From the NCBI GenBank assembly GCA_038146945.1, contig JAYQSR010000015.1:12205-76204 (forward strand): a DNA stretch of 64,000 nucleotides, written 5' to 3'. This stretch comes from Ilumatobacteraceae bacterium. GTDB lineage: Bacteria > Actinomycetota > Acidimicrobiia > Acidimicrobiales > Ilumatobacteraceae. The notes beneath the pieces were generated by a model, which did not search any database, was not told the origin of the DNA, and saw nothing but the letters and a program-made list of their open reading frames with translations. The number at the start of each line of letters is the position of its first letter. Within the stretch, counting starts at the first letter, position 1. Shown here in pieces: positions 9,280 to 18,475 of this stretch. The position numbers were made by a program, and so were the translations under genes.

Positions 9280-10032
9280 TTAGCGCTTGGAAATCTTTGC
9301 CTGCAGCGCTGCGAGACGTTCGCGGAACCACGGCTGACGCGTCGACCACACCTGTGGCCCCAGTTCGAACTCCACCGCTTCGCCATGGGTTGGCACGGCA
9401 CCAATCTCCACGATGGTTTTCTTGATCGACTCCAGCAATTCCTTCGGGGCGCCCGCCGCCTTTGCTGCAAACTCGCGTGCGGTGGCGATGAGCGCGGCAT
9501 CGTCCACGCACTTCCACACCAGGCCGGCACGCAGTGCCGCCTCACCATCCAGCACGTCACCAAAGGCAACGGTGGCCATGGTGGTTTGCATGCCGGCGAT
9601 GCGCAACTGCATCCACGTGTTGCCGCCACCCGGGTGTAGCCCGAGTTGCAGGAAGCGGGAGTCGAACCTTGCACTCTTTGCTGCAATGCGCACATCGCAA
9701 CCGAGCGCCAGGTTCATGCCGGCGCCAACCGCGGCACCATTCACCGCGGCGATCGTGGGCAACGGGCTGCGTGCCACACGCAAGAAACCCTCGTAGATGC
9801 CCAACAGCGATTCGCGGGTGGCTTCGGCCAAATTTCCCAGGTTGGCACCCGCACAGAATGCTGGCGGCGTTCCGGTAACGATCACCACCCGAACGTCCGC
9901 GTCAGCCTCGGCGGCGTCCATCGCTGCGACGATTTCCGTGACCATCTCGGCGGTCATGGAGTTGCGTTCCTGCGGGTTGTTGAGCGTCAGCGTGGCAATG
10001 CCGTCGCTCACGTCGTAGAGGACCATCGCCAT
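9280..10032 (-). CDS. Enoyl-CoA hydratase/isomerase (crotonase) family protein
   Basis: ORF 9280..10122; ATG at 10032 gives MAMVLYDVSDGIATLTLNNPQERNSM..VVIVTGTPPAFCAGANL..AAVNGAAVGAGMNLAL. Confidence 0.85.
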   Translation of the reverse strand: MAMVLYDVSDGIATLTLNNPQERNSMTAEMVTEIVAAMDAAEADADVRVVIVTGTPPAFCAGANLGNLAEATRESLLGIYEGFLRVARSPLPTIAAVNGAAVGAGMNLALGCDVRIAAKSARFDSRFLQLGLHPGGGNTWMQLRIAGMQTTMATVAFGDVLDGEAALRAGLVWKCVDDAALIATAREFAAKAAGAPKELLESIKKTIVEIGAVPTHGEAVEFELGPQVWSTRQPWFRERLAALQAKISKR

Positions 10033-10066
10033 ACCCGTGATTCTCGCACACGGATAGCGTGATTTC

Positions 10067-10675
10067 GTGCTCGACCACGTGTTTACCGATGCAATTGGTG
10101 CACTGCGCGATGCCTTCGGCAACGCATTTCTCGAGCGTCAGGCATTCGAAGAGCACCTCCACTCCGACGTGCTGCTCGGCGACTTGGTATGGGCCACCAG
10201 TTACGGTTTGCCCGGCGAGGGCCAGCCGCCTCGGGTGGTTGCCCACATCACGTTCACCTGGCCATCGTGGAGCCAGGCCACCTACCGCGCATGGTACGTG
10301 GAAGAGACGTATCACGAGGCACCGGTCATCGAGATGGAGATCGTGTTCCGCCTGCAGCGACTCGCCTCGCTACCCGACGCAACGCAGATTGCTGGCGTGG
10401 CACCGTTGACGAGTCCACGCTTGGGCTCACAGCAACTCAATCGCGAAAGCATCAGCAGCGAGACCATCACCACCACCAACGTGCAACGCCCCACCGACCA
10501 CGCAGCCGAAATCGTGTACCAGGGCGCATACGAGTTGTCGGAGGAAACCCTCGCCGACGGCACCAATGCCACCCTCGACCAACACTTCGGTTCTCTCGGT
10601 GGGTGGGTTGCCTCGACGCTCGTGAAACTCGGCGACCTGCAGTTCGCGTATCACCCCGCCGACGGCGACAACTAG
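10067..10675 (+). CDS. Hypothetical protein (no family recognised)
   Basis: 202-codon ORF with a GTG start and no competing annotated gene on the other strand. Only 35 nt separate it from the divergent enoyl-CoA hydratase start, so the start is uncertain. Confidence 0.45.
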   Translation: MLDHVFTDAIGALRDAFGNAFLERQAFEEHLHSDVLLGDLVWATSYGLPGEGQPPRVVAHITFTWPSWSQATYRAWYVEETYHEAPVIEMEIVFRLQRLASLPDATQIAGVAPLTSPRLGSQQLNRESISSETITTTNVQRPTDHAAEIVYQGAYELSEETLADGTNATLDQHFGSLGGWVASTLVKLGDLQFAYHPADGDN

Positions 10676-10719
10676 CGCAGGTCTTCCGGCAACCGCTAGC
10701 GCAGGTCTTCCGGCAACAA
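10672..10719. repeat. 24-bp tandem duplication (2 copies, 22/24 identical) covering the 3-prime end and stop codon of the PfkB kinase gene
   Basis: ctagcgcaggtcttccggcaaccg (10672-10695) followed by ctagcgcaggtcttccggcaacaa (10696-10719). Confidence 0.9.
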
Positions 10720-11688
10720 CATCGCCAACGACACCTGTGGTCGCGGGCCCATGTGCATGATGACCTCGGCTGCACAAATGGTGCCGATTTCTGCACACTG
10801 CTCCAGCGTTTTGCCGTGGGTGAGTCCGTAGAGAAACCCGGCGGCGTACATGTCGCCTGCGCCCGTGGCATCCACGATGGGGTCCACCGGAAGTGCCGGT
10901 ACTTCGATGTAGTCGTCGGCGCTCACCACCACGCTGCCCTGCTTGCTGCGAGTTACCACGGCCAACGGACACTTCTCACGCAACACCCGTACCGACGTGG
11001 CAAAGTCGTCGGTGCCGAACAGCACCGCCAGCTCGTGTTCATTGGCGAACAACAGGTCCACCTGGTCGCACACGAGTGAGTGGAAGTCGCCGTGGTGTCG
11101 CTGCACGCAAAAGGAGTCCGACAACGTGAGGGCCACCTTGCGACCCGCCTCGTGGGCGTACCGGGCGGCCACTCGGAACGCCTCCTTTGCGTCGTCCTTG
11201 TCGTACAGGTAACCCTCCAGCAACACCCACTCGGCGCTTTGCACGGCATCCTTGGAAATGTCCCCCGGACACAACACCGCTCCGGCACCCAGGTACGTGT
11301 TCATGGTGCGCTGACCATCCGGGGTCACCACGATGACGCAGCGTCCCGTCGGAAGCCCATGGTCCTTGGGGGCCGGGAAGAACGACACCCCCGCATCGTG
11401 CAGGTCGCTCGAAAATACACTCCCGAGATCGTCGTCGGCGATCTTGCCAATGAAGCCGGCACGGCCACCCAAACTGGCCAAACCGTGACTGGTATTGGCA
11501 ACCGAACCACCGCTGGACATCACGTTGGGCGCCACTTTCGAGCGCAGGTAGGCCGACCGCTCGTCGTCGACCAGCATCATGGATGCCTTTGTGAGGTCGT
11601 GCTCGGTAAGAAAGTCCTCATGGACCGACGCGATGATGTCGACCATGGCGTTGCCGATGGTGACGGCATGCAGCGTGGCTGGTTTCAC
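10696..11688 (-). CDS. PfkB-family carbohydrate/nucleoside kinase (adenosine-kinase-like)
   Basis: MKPATLHAVTIGNAMVDII..SSGGSVANT..; C-terminal ..DATGAGDMYAAGFLYG.. is the PfkB signature 2. Confidence 0.8.
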   Translation of the reverse strand: MKPATLHAVTIGNAMVDIIASVHEDFLTEHDLTKASMMLVDDERSAYLRSKVAPNVMSSGGSVANTSHGLASLGGRAGFIGKIADDDLGSVFSSDLHDAGVSFFPAPKDHGLPTGRCVIVVTPDGQRTMNTYLGAGAVLCPGDISKDAVQSAEWVLLEGYLYDKDDAKEAFRVAARYAHEAGRKVALTLSDSFCVQRHHGDFHSLVCDQVDLLFANEHELAVLFGTDDFATSVRVLREKCPLAVVTRSKQGSVVVSADDYIEVPALPVDPIVDATGAGDMYAAGFLYGLTHGKTLEQCAEIGTICAAEVIMHMGPRPQVSLAMLLPEDLR

Positions 11689-11866
11689 GACCCCACCACC
11701 CTAGATGGTTGTCACACAATCGTAACGGTAGTTGAAACAATGGGCACCAACCTCACACGTACCTCTCCCACATTGCACACGGTACGTTCATGCCCTTCTT
11801 CATCGTGTGGTCGGAGTAGTTTGAAAGTCCTCAGAAAATAGTCAAAAAATAGAAGGGATATCTGCG

Positions 11867-12130
11867 ATGAAGGCAAAGACGCTCTCGGCGCAACTGAAAA
11901 AGGCATCCTCCTCGTCGGCCCAGACGGTCGCCGACCGACTCATGGCACTGCGTGCAGAGCGGGGTCTATCGCAAGCACGTCTCGCCGAACTCGCGGGTGT
12001 CGACCGCAAGACCATCAACAGAATCGAGAACGGTCACTTCTCGCCCTCACTCGACACGCTCACGCGATTGAGCGTGGTGTTGAAGTGCCGGCTCGCCGAT
12101 TTGGTTGAAGCCAAGCGTTCGAAGCGCTAA
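11867..12130 (+). CDS. XRE-family helix-turn-helix transcriptional regulator
   Basis: ..RAERGLSQARLAELAGVDRKTINRIENGHFSPSLDTLTRLSVVL.. is a classical Cro/C1 HTH. An AT-rich 178-nt spacer lies upstream. Confidence 0.85.
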   Translation: MKAKTLSAQLKKASSSSAQTVADRLMALRAERGLSQARLAELAGVDRKTINRIENGHFSPSLDTLTRLSVVLKCRLADLVEAKRSKR

Positions 12131-12148
12131 CCGTCGCGCAGCCGCCAG

Positions 12149-12673
12149 TCAGCGGGTCAATGCAATAACGAAACGCTGGCATACGTCGGCGATTTCGTGC
12201 ACCGGCTGAGGCGCCATGCGTTTGCTCCCCGTGCCGGCGGTCGGTTCGTGAGCCGCATCGTCGAACAGTCGTACGATTTCCTCTCGGGACATGCGACTGG
12301 GTGAGACGGACTCGAGGGCCTCGACGAGTGCGTAGAGGGCAACCACACGGCTACCGCGCGGCACGTCCCTGGCACGATTGCTCTCGACGAACTGGCCACT
12401 GAAAATAGTGAAGAGATAGTCGTGACGACGTGGCGTTGTAACACGTGGCGCCCGTACACGAATCAATCCGGAGGCAGAAACCTCGCGGGAAAAGATCGGC
12501 CAACGACGCCAATCGGCTAAGCCGACTGTTACGGGGATCTCGTCATCGATGCGGCCGGAATTCGCCGCCGAGATTCCCTCACTCAGGAGGTGCGACGCAA
12601 CCATCGAGGTGAATCGATCAACATCGGCACACCACAACACGATGGTGTATGGGTCACTCACGCCACGTACCAC
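12149..12673 (-). CDS. Hypothetical protein (orphan, no family recognised)
   Basis: 174-codon ORF convergent with the XRE gene (18-nt gap). It appears lower in GC than its neighbours by eye, and a strong hairpin separates it from the upstream ligase gene. Confidence 0.45.
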   Translation of the reverse strand: MVRGVSDPYTIVLWCADVDRFTSMVASHLLSEGISAANSGRIDDEIPVTVGLADWRRWPIFSREVSASGLIRVRAPRVTTPRRHDYLFTIFSGQFVESNRARDVPRGSRVVALYALVEALESVSPSRMSREEIVRLFDDAAHEPTAGTGSKRMAPQPVHEIADVCQRFVIALTR

Positions 12674-12761
12674 CTCTGCGTCTCATACCTGAAAAGTCAC
12701 CCCTCGCCAAGGTAGTAGATGGGTGTTCGCGCCCGTGTCGTCATTCCCCCGCATACCGCAT

Positions 12762-12793
12762 CCGGAGACCCCGCAGTGACACGGGGTCTCCGG
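12762..12793 (-). terminator. Perfect 12-bp-stem hairpin (no U-tract) downstream of the acyl-CoA ligase gene
   Basis: ccggagaccccg-cagtgaca-cggggtctccgg, about 80 nt after the ligase stop. Stems lacking a U-tract are reported as common terminators in high-GC actinobacteria, so terminator function is inferred. Confidence 0.45.
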
Positions 12794-12871
12794 GTGCGAA
12801 CGGGTACGCCGACCGATGGAGACGTCTTCGGTACGGCTACGACTCGTGCGTTGCCGCACGAGCGAAATGCC

Positions 12872-14578
12872 CTAGCGGCGGTCGGCTTTCAAGGTGCCGT
12901 TCACGATTTGTTCACGCAACTCGCGCTTCAGGAATTTGCCCGCTGCGTTACGGGGCAAGGGCTCGCCCATCATCACGACGTGCACCGGGATCTTGAAGGC
13001 TGCGATCTTGCCGTCGAGGAAATTCCACAGTTCCGCCGGCGTGATGTGATGACCCACCTTGGGATACAACGCCACGGCCACTTCCTCCCCCAGCCGCTCG
13101 TGCGGCACCCCGAAAACGGCCGCCTCATGCACCGCCGGATGCTCATAAATGGCATGCTCCACCTCGGCGCCGTATACGTTTTCACCCGCGCGCAGAATCA
13201 TGTCCTTGGCGCGATCCTCGATATAGAGGAAGCCCTCGTCATCCATGCGTCCGATGTCGCCCGAGCGCAGCCAACCATTCACGATGGTTTCTGCCGTGGC
13301 CTCCGGCTTGTTCCAGTAGCCACGAATCAGCATCGGACCGAACATCCAAATTTCGCCCGTCCTGCCTGCGGGAAGTGCCGTGCCGTTGTCGTCACGGATC
13401 TCCACCAACATCGGTGGCGCACAACGGCCCGTGCTGGTGGGATGTGACACATAGTCGTGACCTCGATTGCCGGGGCCGAACGCATTGGTTTCGGTCATGC
13501 CATAGCCCAGTTGCGGACCGCCCTTTTTGAAACTGTCGGCAACCTTGTGCACCAACGCGGCTGGTGCCGGTGCCCCGCCTCCACCCACCGAGCGCAACGA
13601 CGACGTGTCGAACTTTGCAAAGTCGGGATGGTTGACGAGATCCCAACTTTGGGTCGGCACTCCGATGAAGTTGGTGATCTTCTCCTGCTCGATGATCTCC
13701 AGCGCCTTCCCGGCATCCCACTTGTACATGATCACCAGTTTGAGACCAGCGACGAAACAACTCATCAACACCGCAACGCAGCCGGTCACATGGAACAACG
13801 GCACGATGAGAATGAACGACGGTGGGAACGGATCCGGCTCGGGCTTCTCCGTGGCGCGAACCCCCTCGATTGCTTGACGTGCGGAAAATGCCATCAATGC
13901 GCTGATCACTGCGCGATGCGTCGATACCGCCCCCTTCGGACGGCCCGTTGTGCCCGAGGTGTAGAGGATGGTGGCGTCGTCGTCGGGAAGGATCTCCACC
14001 ACGGGTGCAGCCGCACCGATGTCGAGTGCGGTTTCCCAGCGGTCGTGCCCGGCCGATGATGGCAGTTCGGAACGCACCAACAACACGTGGATGCCGAGTT
14101 CAGCGCACGTTTTTCGTGCATTCTCGAAGCGCTGATCGTCACAGATGAGCACCTTGGCGCCGCAGTCACGAAGCGCGTAATCCATCTCGTCCTCGGTCCA
14201 CCAGGAGTTCATCGACACCGATACACCGCCCGAGATGAGGATTCCGGCAAAGCTCATCGCCCACTCCGGATAGTTGCGCATTGCCACCGCCACGCGATCG
14301 CCCTTCTTGATGCCATAGACGTTCACCAGGCGGTTGGCGAGCGCATCCACGTGCTGAAAGGTCTTGGCGAACGACCAACGCTCGCCTTCGTAGACCAGGA
14401 AGTCCTTGTCGCCGTGGCCGCGCGCCAGACCGAAGATCTGCGCCAGGTTGGCTGGCGCATGCTTGAACACCTTCATGTTCACTCCGCGCACGTCGGCGTC
14501 GACCAATTCGAACATCCCACCCGGCGAGTGCACCGCGGCGATGGCATCGGTCCAGGAAAGACCTGCTGGCGTTGTCAT
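12872..14578 (-). CDS. AMP-dependent acyl-CoA synthetase/ligase (FadD-like)
   Basis: ORF 12872..14647, likely start MTTPAGLSW at 14578. AMP-binding motif ILYTSGTTGRPKGAV, plus ..GYGMTE.. and ..GWLRSGDIG.. Confidence 0.85.
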   Translation of the reverse strand: MTTPAGLSWTDAIAAVHSPGGMFELVDADVRGVNMKVFKHAPANLAQIFGLARGHGDKDFLVYEGERWSFAKTFQHVDALANRLVNVYGIKKGDRVAVAMRNYPEWAMSFAGILISGGVSVSMNSWWTEDEMDYALRDCGAKVLICDDQRFENARKTCAELGIHVLLVRSELPSSAGHDRWETALDIGAAAPVVEILPDDDATILYTSGTTGRPKGAVSTHRAVISALMAFSARQAIEGVRATEKPEPDPFPPSFILIVPLFHVTGCVAVLMSCFVAGLKLVIMYKWDAGKALEIIEQEKITNFIGVPTQSWDLVNHPDFAKFDTSSLRSVGGGGAPAPAALVHKVADSFKKGGPQLGYGMTETNAFGPGNRGHDYVSHPTSTGRCAPPMLVEIRDDNGTALPAGRTGEIWMFGPMLIRGYWNKPEATAETIVNGWLRSGDIGRMDDEGFLYIEDRAKDMILRAGENVYGAEVEHAIYEHPAVHEAAVFGVPHERLGEEVAVALYPKVGHHITPAELWNFLDGKIAAFKIPVHVVMMGEPLPRNAAGKFLKRELREQIVNGTLKADRR

Positions 14579-14680
14579 GTGAGCCCCCTCACCACCACGG
14601 GTGGTGCAGGTAAGTCTCGCCGATTCAGTGGGGCGAATGCCACTCACGGACGCCAGAGGCTGGCGTGAGGCTCACCCTTG

Positions 14681-14753
14681 TGGAGCTGAGGGGAATTGAA
14701 CCCCTGGCCTGTACATTGCGAACGTACCGCTCTACCAACTGAGCTACAGCCCC
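14681..14753 (-). tRNA. tRNA-Ala (anticodon CGC)
   Basis: Minus strand reads GGGGCTGTAGCTCAGTTGGTAGAGCGGTACGTTCGCAATGTACAGGCCAGGGGTTCAATTCCCCTCAGCTCCA. It folds by hand into a cloverleaf with the G3:U70 Ala identity pair, U33, anticodon CGC and a TTCAATT T-loop. CCA is not encoded. Confidence 0.9.
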
Positions 14754-14852
14754 GCGGGCGCTCACGCTACCGCCCACCCTTGGGCATACCCCCGTCAGGC
14801 GACGCTTTGGTGTCGAGTCGGCGTCAGGCGACGTTCTGACGGTGAGGCTGGG

Positions 14853-15407
14853 TCAAGCGACGCGACGGAATTGACGGCGATAGCGCTCATGATCGCGCTT
14901 CACTCGCCACTGCACCAGCACGTAGCAATAGGCCGCCGTGGCCAATGCCGAGATGGTGAAGGTCCACACGAAGAAGATTTCGCGCATGGCGATGGCCAAC
15001 AACAGCGACAGCCCGGCGGAACCCAGGAGGCCAAGCAGCCAGTTCTGACGGCGGCGGCGGATCATCTCGCGCTCGAAGAACTCGCCCTCGAACCGGGCGT
15101 GCTGACGAGCCCCGCGGGGACGCACGACCGACGACGTGGCATGCCCCACGTGGCGAAGGGGGCGGCCCATGGCTCGGGCGGCCGGGGCGAACGGGCGGGC
15201 CACATCACGCAGGGGGGCACGCATGGAACCGAGCGGCAATTGGCTACCCCGCTGGAGAGGACGTCCATCCCGCTGGAGGGAGGAAAGTTGGCGACGGAAC
15301 TGGGTTACCGACGTGGTGGGTGAATTTCGCAGGCGGGAACGTACCAACGGGGGCACCAGGACGGCTGCCCAGGCAGCGGCGACGATCAGCAAAATCAGGT
15401 TGCCCAT
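14853..15407 (-). CDS. Hypothetical membrane protein
   Basis: N-terminal TM helix (MGNLILLIVAAAWAAVLVPPLV), an Arg/Pro-rich linker, and two C-terminal TM helices (WLLGLLGSAGLSLLLAIAM, FFVWTFTISALATAAYCYVLV). Confidence 0.55.
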   Translation of the reverse strand: MGNLILLIVAAAWAAVLVPPLVRSRLRNSPTTSVTQFRRQLSSLQRDGRPLQRGSQLPLGSMRAPLRDVARPFAPAARAMGRPLRHVGHATSSVVRPRGARQHARFEGEFFEREMIRRRRQNWLLGLLGSAGLSLLLAIAMREIFFVWTFTISALATAAYCYVLVQWRVKRDHERYRRQFRRVA

Positions 15408-15502
15408 ATGGTTCCCGTCAGTCTATGACGATTTCGTAACAGTTTGCCGCCCCTGCCGGGGGCGCCCGGGACGCCGTGGCGACCCCATGGTCCGGCGTGC
15501 CG

Positions 15503-15988
15503 TTACGCGAGGCGGCGGTAGGTTCCCTGTCGCCCACCCGACTTCTCCCACAGGGTGAGGTCCCCAATCACCATCTCCCGGTCGGCACTTTTGCACATGT
15601 CGTAGATCGTCAGCGCAGCCACCGAGCAGGCATGCAGGGCCTCCATCTCCACCCCGGTGCGATCGATGGTGTCCACGTGACACTCCACTGCAACCCAGGT
15701 ATCGCCGATCTCGAAGTTGATGGTGACGGCACCAATCAGGAGCGGATGACAAAGCGGAATCATGTCGCTGGTTCGTTTGGCGGCCTGGATACCGGCCACT
15801 CGAGCAACCGCAAGCACGTCGCCCTTCTTTACCTCGCGGTTTGCGATGGCCGCCGTGGTCTCCGGCTGCATGAACACTTTGCAGCGCGCCATCGCACGAC
15901 GATGCGTGGGCTCCTTGGGGGTGACGTCCACCATTCGGGCACGACCGAGCGGGTCGAGGTGCGAAAATTGTGCGTCGGACATGTTCAT
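15503..15988 (-). CDS. moaC: Cyclic pyranopterin monophosphate synthase MoaC
   Basis: ..RMVDVTPKEPTHRRAMARC..VARVAGIQAAKRTSDMIPLCHPL.. are canonical MoaC blocks. Confidence 0.9.
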   Translation of the reverse strand: MNMSDAQFSHLDPLGRARMVDVTPKEPTHRRAMARCKVFMQPETTAAIANREVKKGDVLAVARVAGIQAAKRTSDMIPLCHPLLIGAVTINFEIGDTWVAVECHVDTIDRTGVEMEALHACSVAALTIYDMCKSADREMVIGDLTLWEKSGGRQGTYRRLA

Positions 15989-16016
15989 TCTCCTGTAACG
16001 GTTGCGTACGACATGG

Positions 16017-17105
16017 TCAGCCTCCGATTTGGCTCATCGATCGGCGAGGGCGAACGAACGACACCTGCCCGATGTTGTGGCCAGCCCACTTCTCGCCCAC
16101 CGCACGACGCAACAATGCTTCGATGGCGTCATCCGTGGCTCCTTCGCTGCCGGCATCGTCACGATCACCGCCCCGCAGCAACGCGCGTACATCGAATTCG
16201 TCGGTGGCGAACAAACACGTGCGGAACTGACCGTCAGCAGTCAATCGAACACGATCGCAGTCACCACAGAACGGTTTGGTAACGGTGGGAATCACCCCGA
16301 CGGTGCCACGCCCATCGAGGTATCGCCACCGATCGGCGGGCGCAGCGCCCCTGCTCGGCATCTGCTCGAGCGGGAACATCCGATGGATGGTGGAGACGAT
16401 CTCGTCCTGCCCGACGACCGAGTCGTGCAGCCACCCCCCTTGCGCATCGAGCGGCATGAACTCGATGAACCGAACCTCGATCTCGTTATCACGGCCGAAC
16501 GTGGCGAGAGCAAGAATTTCGTCGTCGTTCACGCCCCGCTGAACGACCGCATTGACCTTTATCGGTGCAAAGCCCACCTCCTGCGCCACGGCGATACCTT
16601 CGAGCACCGACTCCAATTCGTCGCGTTTTGTCATCCGTTGGAACTTCTCGCGATCCAGCGTGTCGAGGCTCACGTTGATTCGTGCCAGACCCGCTCGCTT
16701 CAGATCGTGGGCAACCAGCGCCAGCGTTGCACCATTGGTGGTGAGGGCCAGATCTACCGGCAATCCCGCGCGTGGCGAGTCGGTGGCTGCAGGAACCGTG
16801 AGTGCCGCCAGTTTTTCGATCAACACCGGAAGGTGGGCGCGCACCGTGGGTTCACCACCGGTCAAACGAATGCCATCCACACCGAATCGCTCCACGCAAA
16901 TTCGCGCCACTCGCGTGATTTCCTCGTAGGTGAGCACGTCGGTTCGTGGCAACCACTGCATTCCTTCTTCGGGCATGCAGTAGGTGCATCGGAAGTTGCA
17001 TCGATCGGTCACCGAAATACGCAGGTCGCGAACCGTCCGACCGAACGAATCGATCAGTTCGGGTTTGGCCGCCACCGATCGCGGCCGTTGCGGCGATTGC
17101 GACAT
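16017..17105 (-). CDS. moaA: GTP 3',8-cyclase MoaA (radical SAM)
   Basis: DLRISVTDRCNFRCTYCMPEE radical-SAM cluster motif. The C-terminal ..KPFCGDCDRVRLTADG.. provides the second Fe-S cluster. Confidence 0.9.
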   Translation of the reverse strand: MSQSPQRPRSVAAKPELIDSFGRTVRDLRISVTDRCNFRCTYCMPEEGMQWLPRTDVLTYEEITRVARICVERFGVDGIRLTGGEPTVRAHLPVLIEKLAALTVPAATDSPRAGLPVDLALTTNGATLALVAHDLKRAGLARINVSLDTLDREKFQRMTKRDELESVLEGIAVAQEVGFAPIKVNAVVQRGVNDDEILALATFGRDNEIEVRFIEFMPLDAQGGWLHDSVVGQDEIVSTIHRMFPLEQMPSRGAAPADRWRYLDGRGTVGVIPTVTKPFCGDCDRVRLTADGQFRTCLFATDEFDVRALLRGGDRDDAGSEGATDDAIEALLRRAVGEKWAGHNIGQVSFVRPRRSMSQIGG

Positions 17106-17196
17106 GGCGAAAGCCTACGCCCCGCACGCTTGGGCGTACCAGGCCAATCCCAGCGCTCCATCCCAACCTCGATGCACCGTCGTGCGAATGGGTCGT

Positions 17197-18429
17197 TCAA
17201 CCGAGCAACATCACCTCGACTGCACCGCCCGCATCGATGCCCGTGCCATCGGGAACGATCGCCAATCCGTTCGCCGCCGCCGTTGCCGCCAACTGATGAC
17301 TTCCCTGCGGACCGGTATCGCGCACGTGCAAGCGACCATCCGGTCCGAAGTGGCCGAACACGCGCATGAAATGGGTCTTTCCATCGGGTTTGCGACGCAA
17401 TGGCACATCAACAACCGCATGAATCGTTGGCCGCAGCAGGTCTTGCTTGTGTCCCATCATCTTGCGCAGTGCGGGACGAGCCAACAATTCGTAACTGATC
17501 ATCGACGACACGGGGTTGCCCGGCAGCCCGAATATGGGTACGCGTCGCCGACCGTTGCCGGGTTCCGATGTTCCGCCCAGGATTCCGAACGCAAACGGCT
17601 TGGCTGGTTTGATCGCCATCTGCATCCATTGCATTTCTGCAATCCGTGAGAGCACCGCCTTCACCACGTCGAAGTCGCCCATGCTCACGCCCCCGCTCGT
17701 GACGATTGCGTCGTGTGTATTTGCTGCGTCGCGCAACACCCGTTCGAGAAGCGCCTCGTCGTCGGCAACCACACCGAGGTTGGTGACGTGGCAGTTGGAT
17801 TCGGCGATGAGAATTTCCAGCATCGTGAGATTGCTTTCGCGAATTTGTCCACGTTGAAGCGGTGAGCCGTCGGTAACGAGTTCGTCTCCGGTCGACAACA
17901 GCGCAACTCGTGCGCGCGGATGGGCCCACACGTCCCTGGCATTCATGCTCGACAACACGCCGGAGCCGGCTGCGTTCAGCACCGTGCCTGCGGCAAACAC
18001 CTTGTCGCCTGCTCGCACGTCGTCGGCAATCGGCCGAACGGAGTTACCGGCGCCCACCGACTTGTTGATGGTGACTCGATCCGACGTCGTCTGCTCGCAA
18101 TCTTCCACCATCACCACCGCATCGGCGCCATCGGGCATCGGCGCACCGGTCATGATGCGCAGTGCTTCGCCGGCTTGCACGCGCCATTCGGTGCCATCCC
18201 CGGCGGCAACCGTGCCAATCACCCTCAAACTCGTTGGCACGTTCGCCACGTCGCTGGCGCGCACCGCAAAGCCGTCAACTGCCGTGTTCGCAAACGGAGG
18301 GATGTTCTCCGTTGCCACCACATCGCGAGCCAATACGAGCCCTGCAGCCCGTTCGCATGCGACGACCTGCTCGGGCAGTGGCGCCACTGCGGAAAGTACC
18401 CGTTGTTGCGCATCGCCGAGCGGGATCAC
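17197..18429 (-). CDS. moeA: Molybdopterin molybdotransferase MoeA
   Basis: ORF 17197..18594. The 5-prime ~55 codons overlap the divergent gene and look non-coding, so GTG at 18429 (VIPLGDAQQRVLSAV..) fits the MoeA N-terminus. Motifs ..PPFANTAVDGFAVRA.., ..LSTGDELV.., ..GGVSMGDFD.., ..GLPGNPVSS... Confidence 0.85.
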   Translation of the reverse strand: MIPLGDAQQRVLSAVAPLPEQVVACERAAGLVLARDVVATENIPPFANTAVDGFAVRASDVANVPTSLRVIGTVAAGDGTEWRVQAGEALRIMTGAPMPDGADAVVMVEDCEQTTSDRVTINKSVGAGNSVRPIADDVRAGDKVFAAGTVLNAAGSGVLSSMNARDVWAHPRARVALLSTGDELVTDGSPLQRGQIRESNLTMLEILIAESNCHVTNLGVVADDEALLERVLRDAANTHDAIVTSGGVSMGDFDVVKAVLSRIAEMQWMQMAIKPAKPFAFGILGGTSEPGNGRRRVPIFGLPGNPVSSMISYELLARPALRKMMGHKQDLLRPTIHAVVDVPLRRKPDGKTHFMRVFGHFGPDGRLHVRDTGPQGSHQLAATAAANGLAIVPDGTGIDAGGAVEVMLLG

Positions 18430-18475
18430 CTCTAGGACGGTATCGGGCGCCCGGCTCGCCGTGCGAGGCTGTGAC

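Noticed and set aside
14793-14833. 12-bp direct repeat cgtcaggcgacg (14793-14804 and 14822-14833) next to tRNA-Ala, considered as a possible att site of an integrated element
   Set aside because: It does not duplicate any part of the tRNA, there is no integrase or foreign-looking genes nearby, and the repeat is short enough to be chance in GC-rich DNA.
17106-17196. Possible Moco riboswitch or other leader upstream of moaA
   Set aside because: The spacer is only ~90 nt and I could not see the conserved Moco-motif features. The region is more likely just the moeA-moaA intergenic spacer.
16002-17369. Long ORFs antisense to or overlapping recognised genes. Examples: 355..1092(-), 2016..3104(-), 10189..11079(+), 16002..17369(+), 25807..26889(+), 32822..33970(+), 35215..36558(+), 39432..40337(+), 40551..41510(+), 51068..52273(+), 56089..57087(+), 58889..59863(+), 62819..63859(+).
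   Set aside because: These are typical high-GC shadow ORFs with Arg/Gly/Pro/His-rich translations and no motifs. Each is fully covered by a gene with clear homology-type motifs in another frame or on the other strand.
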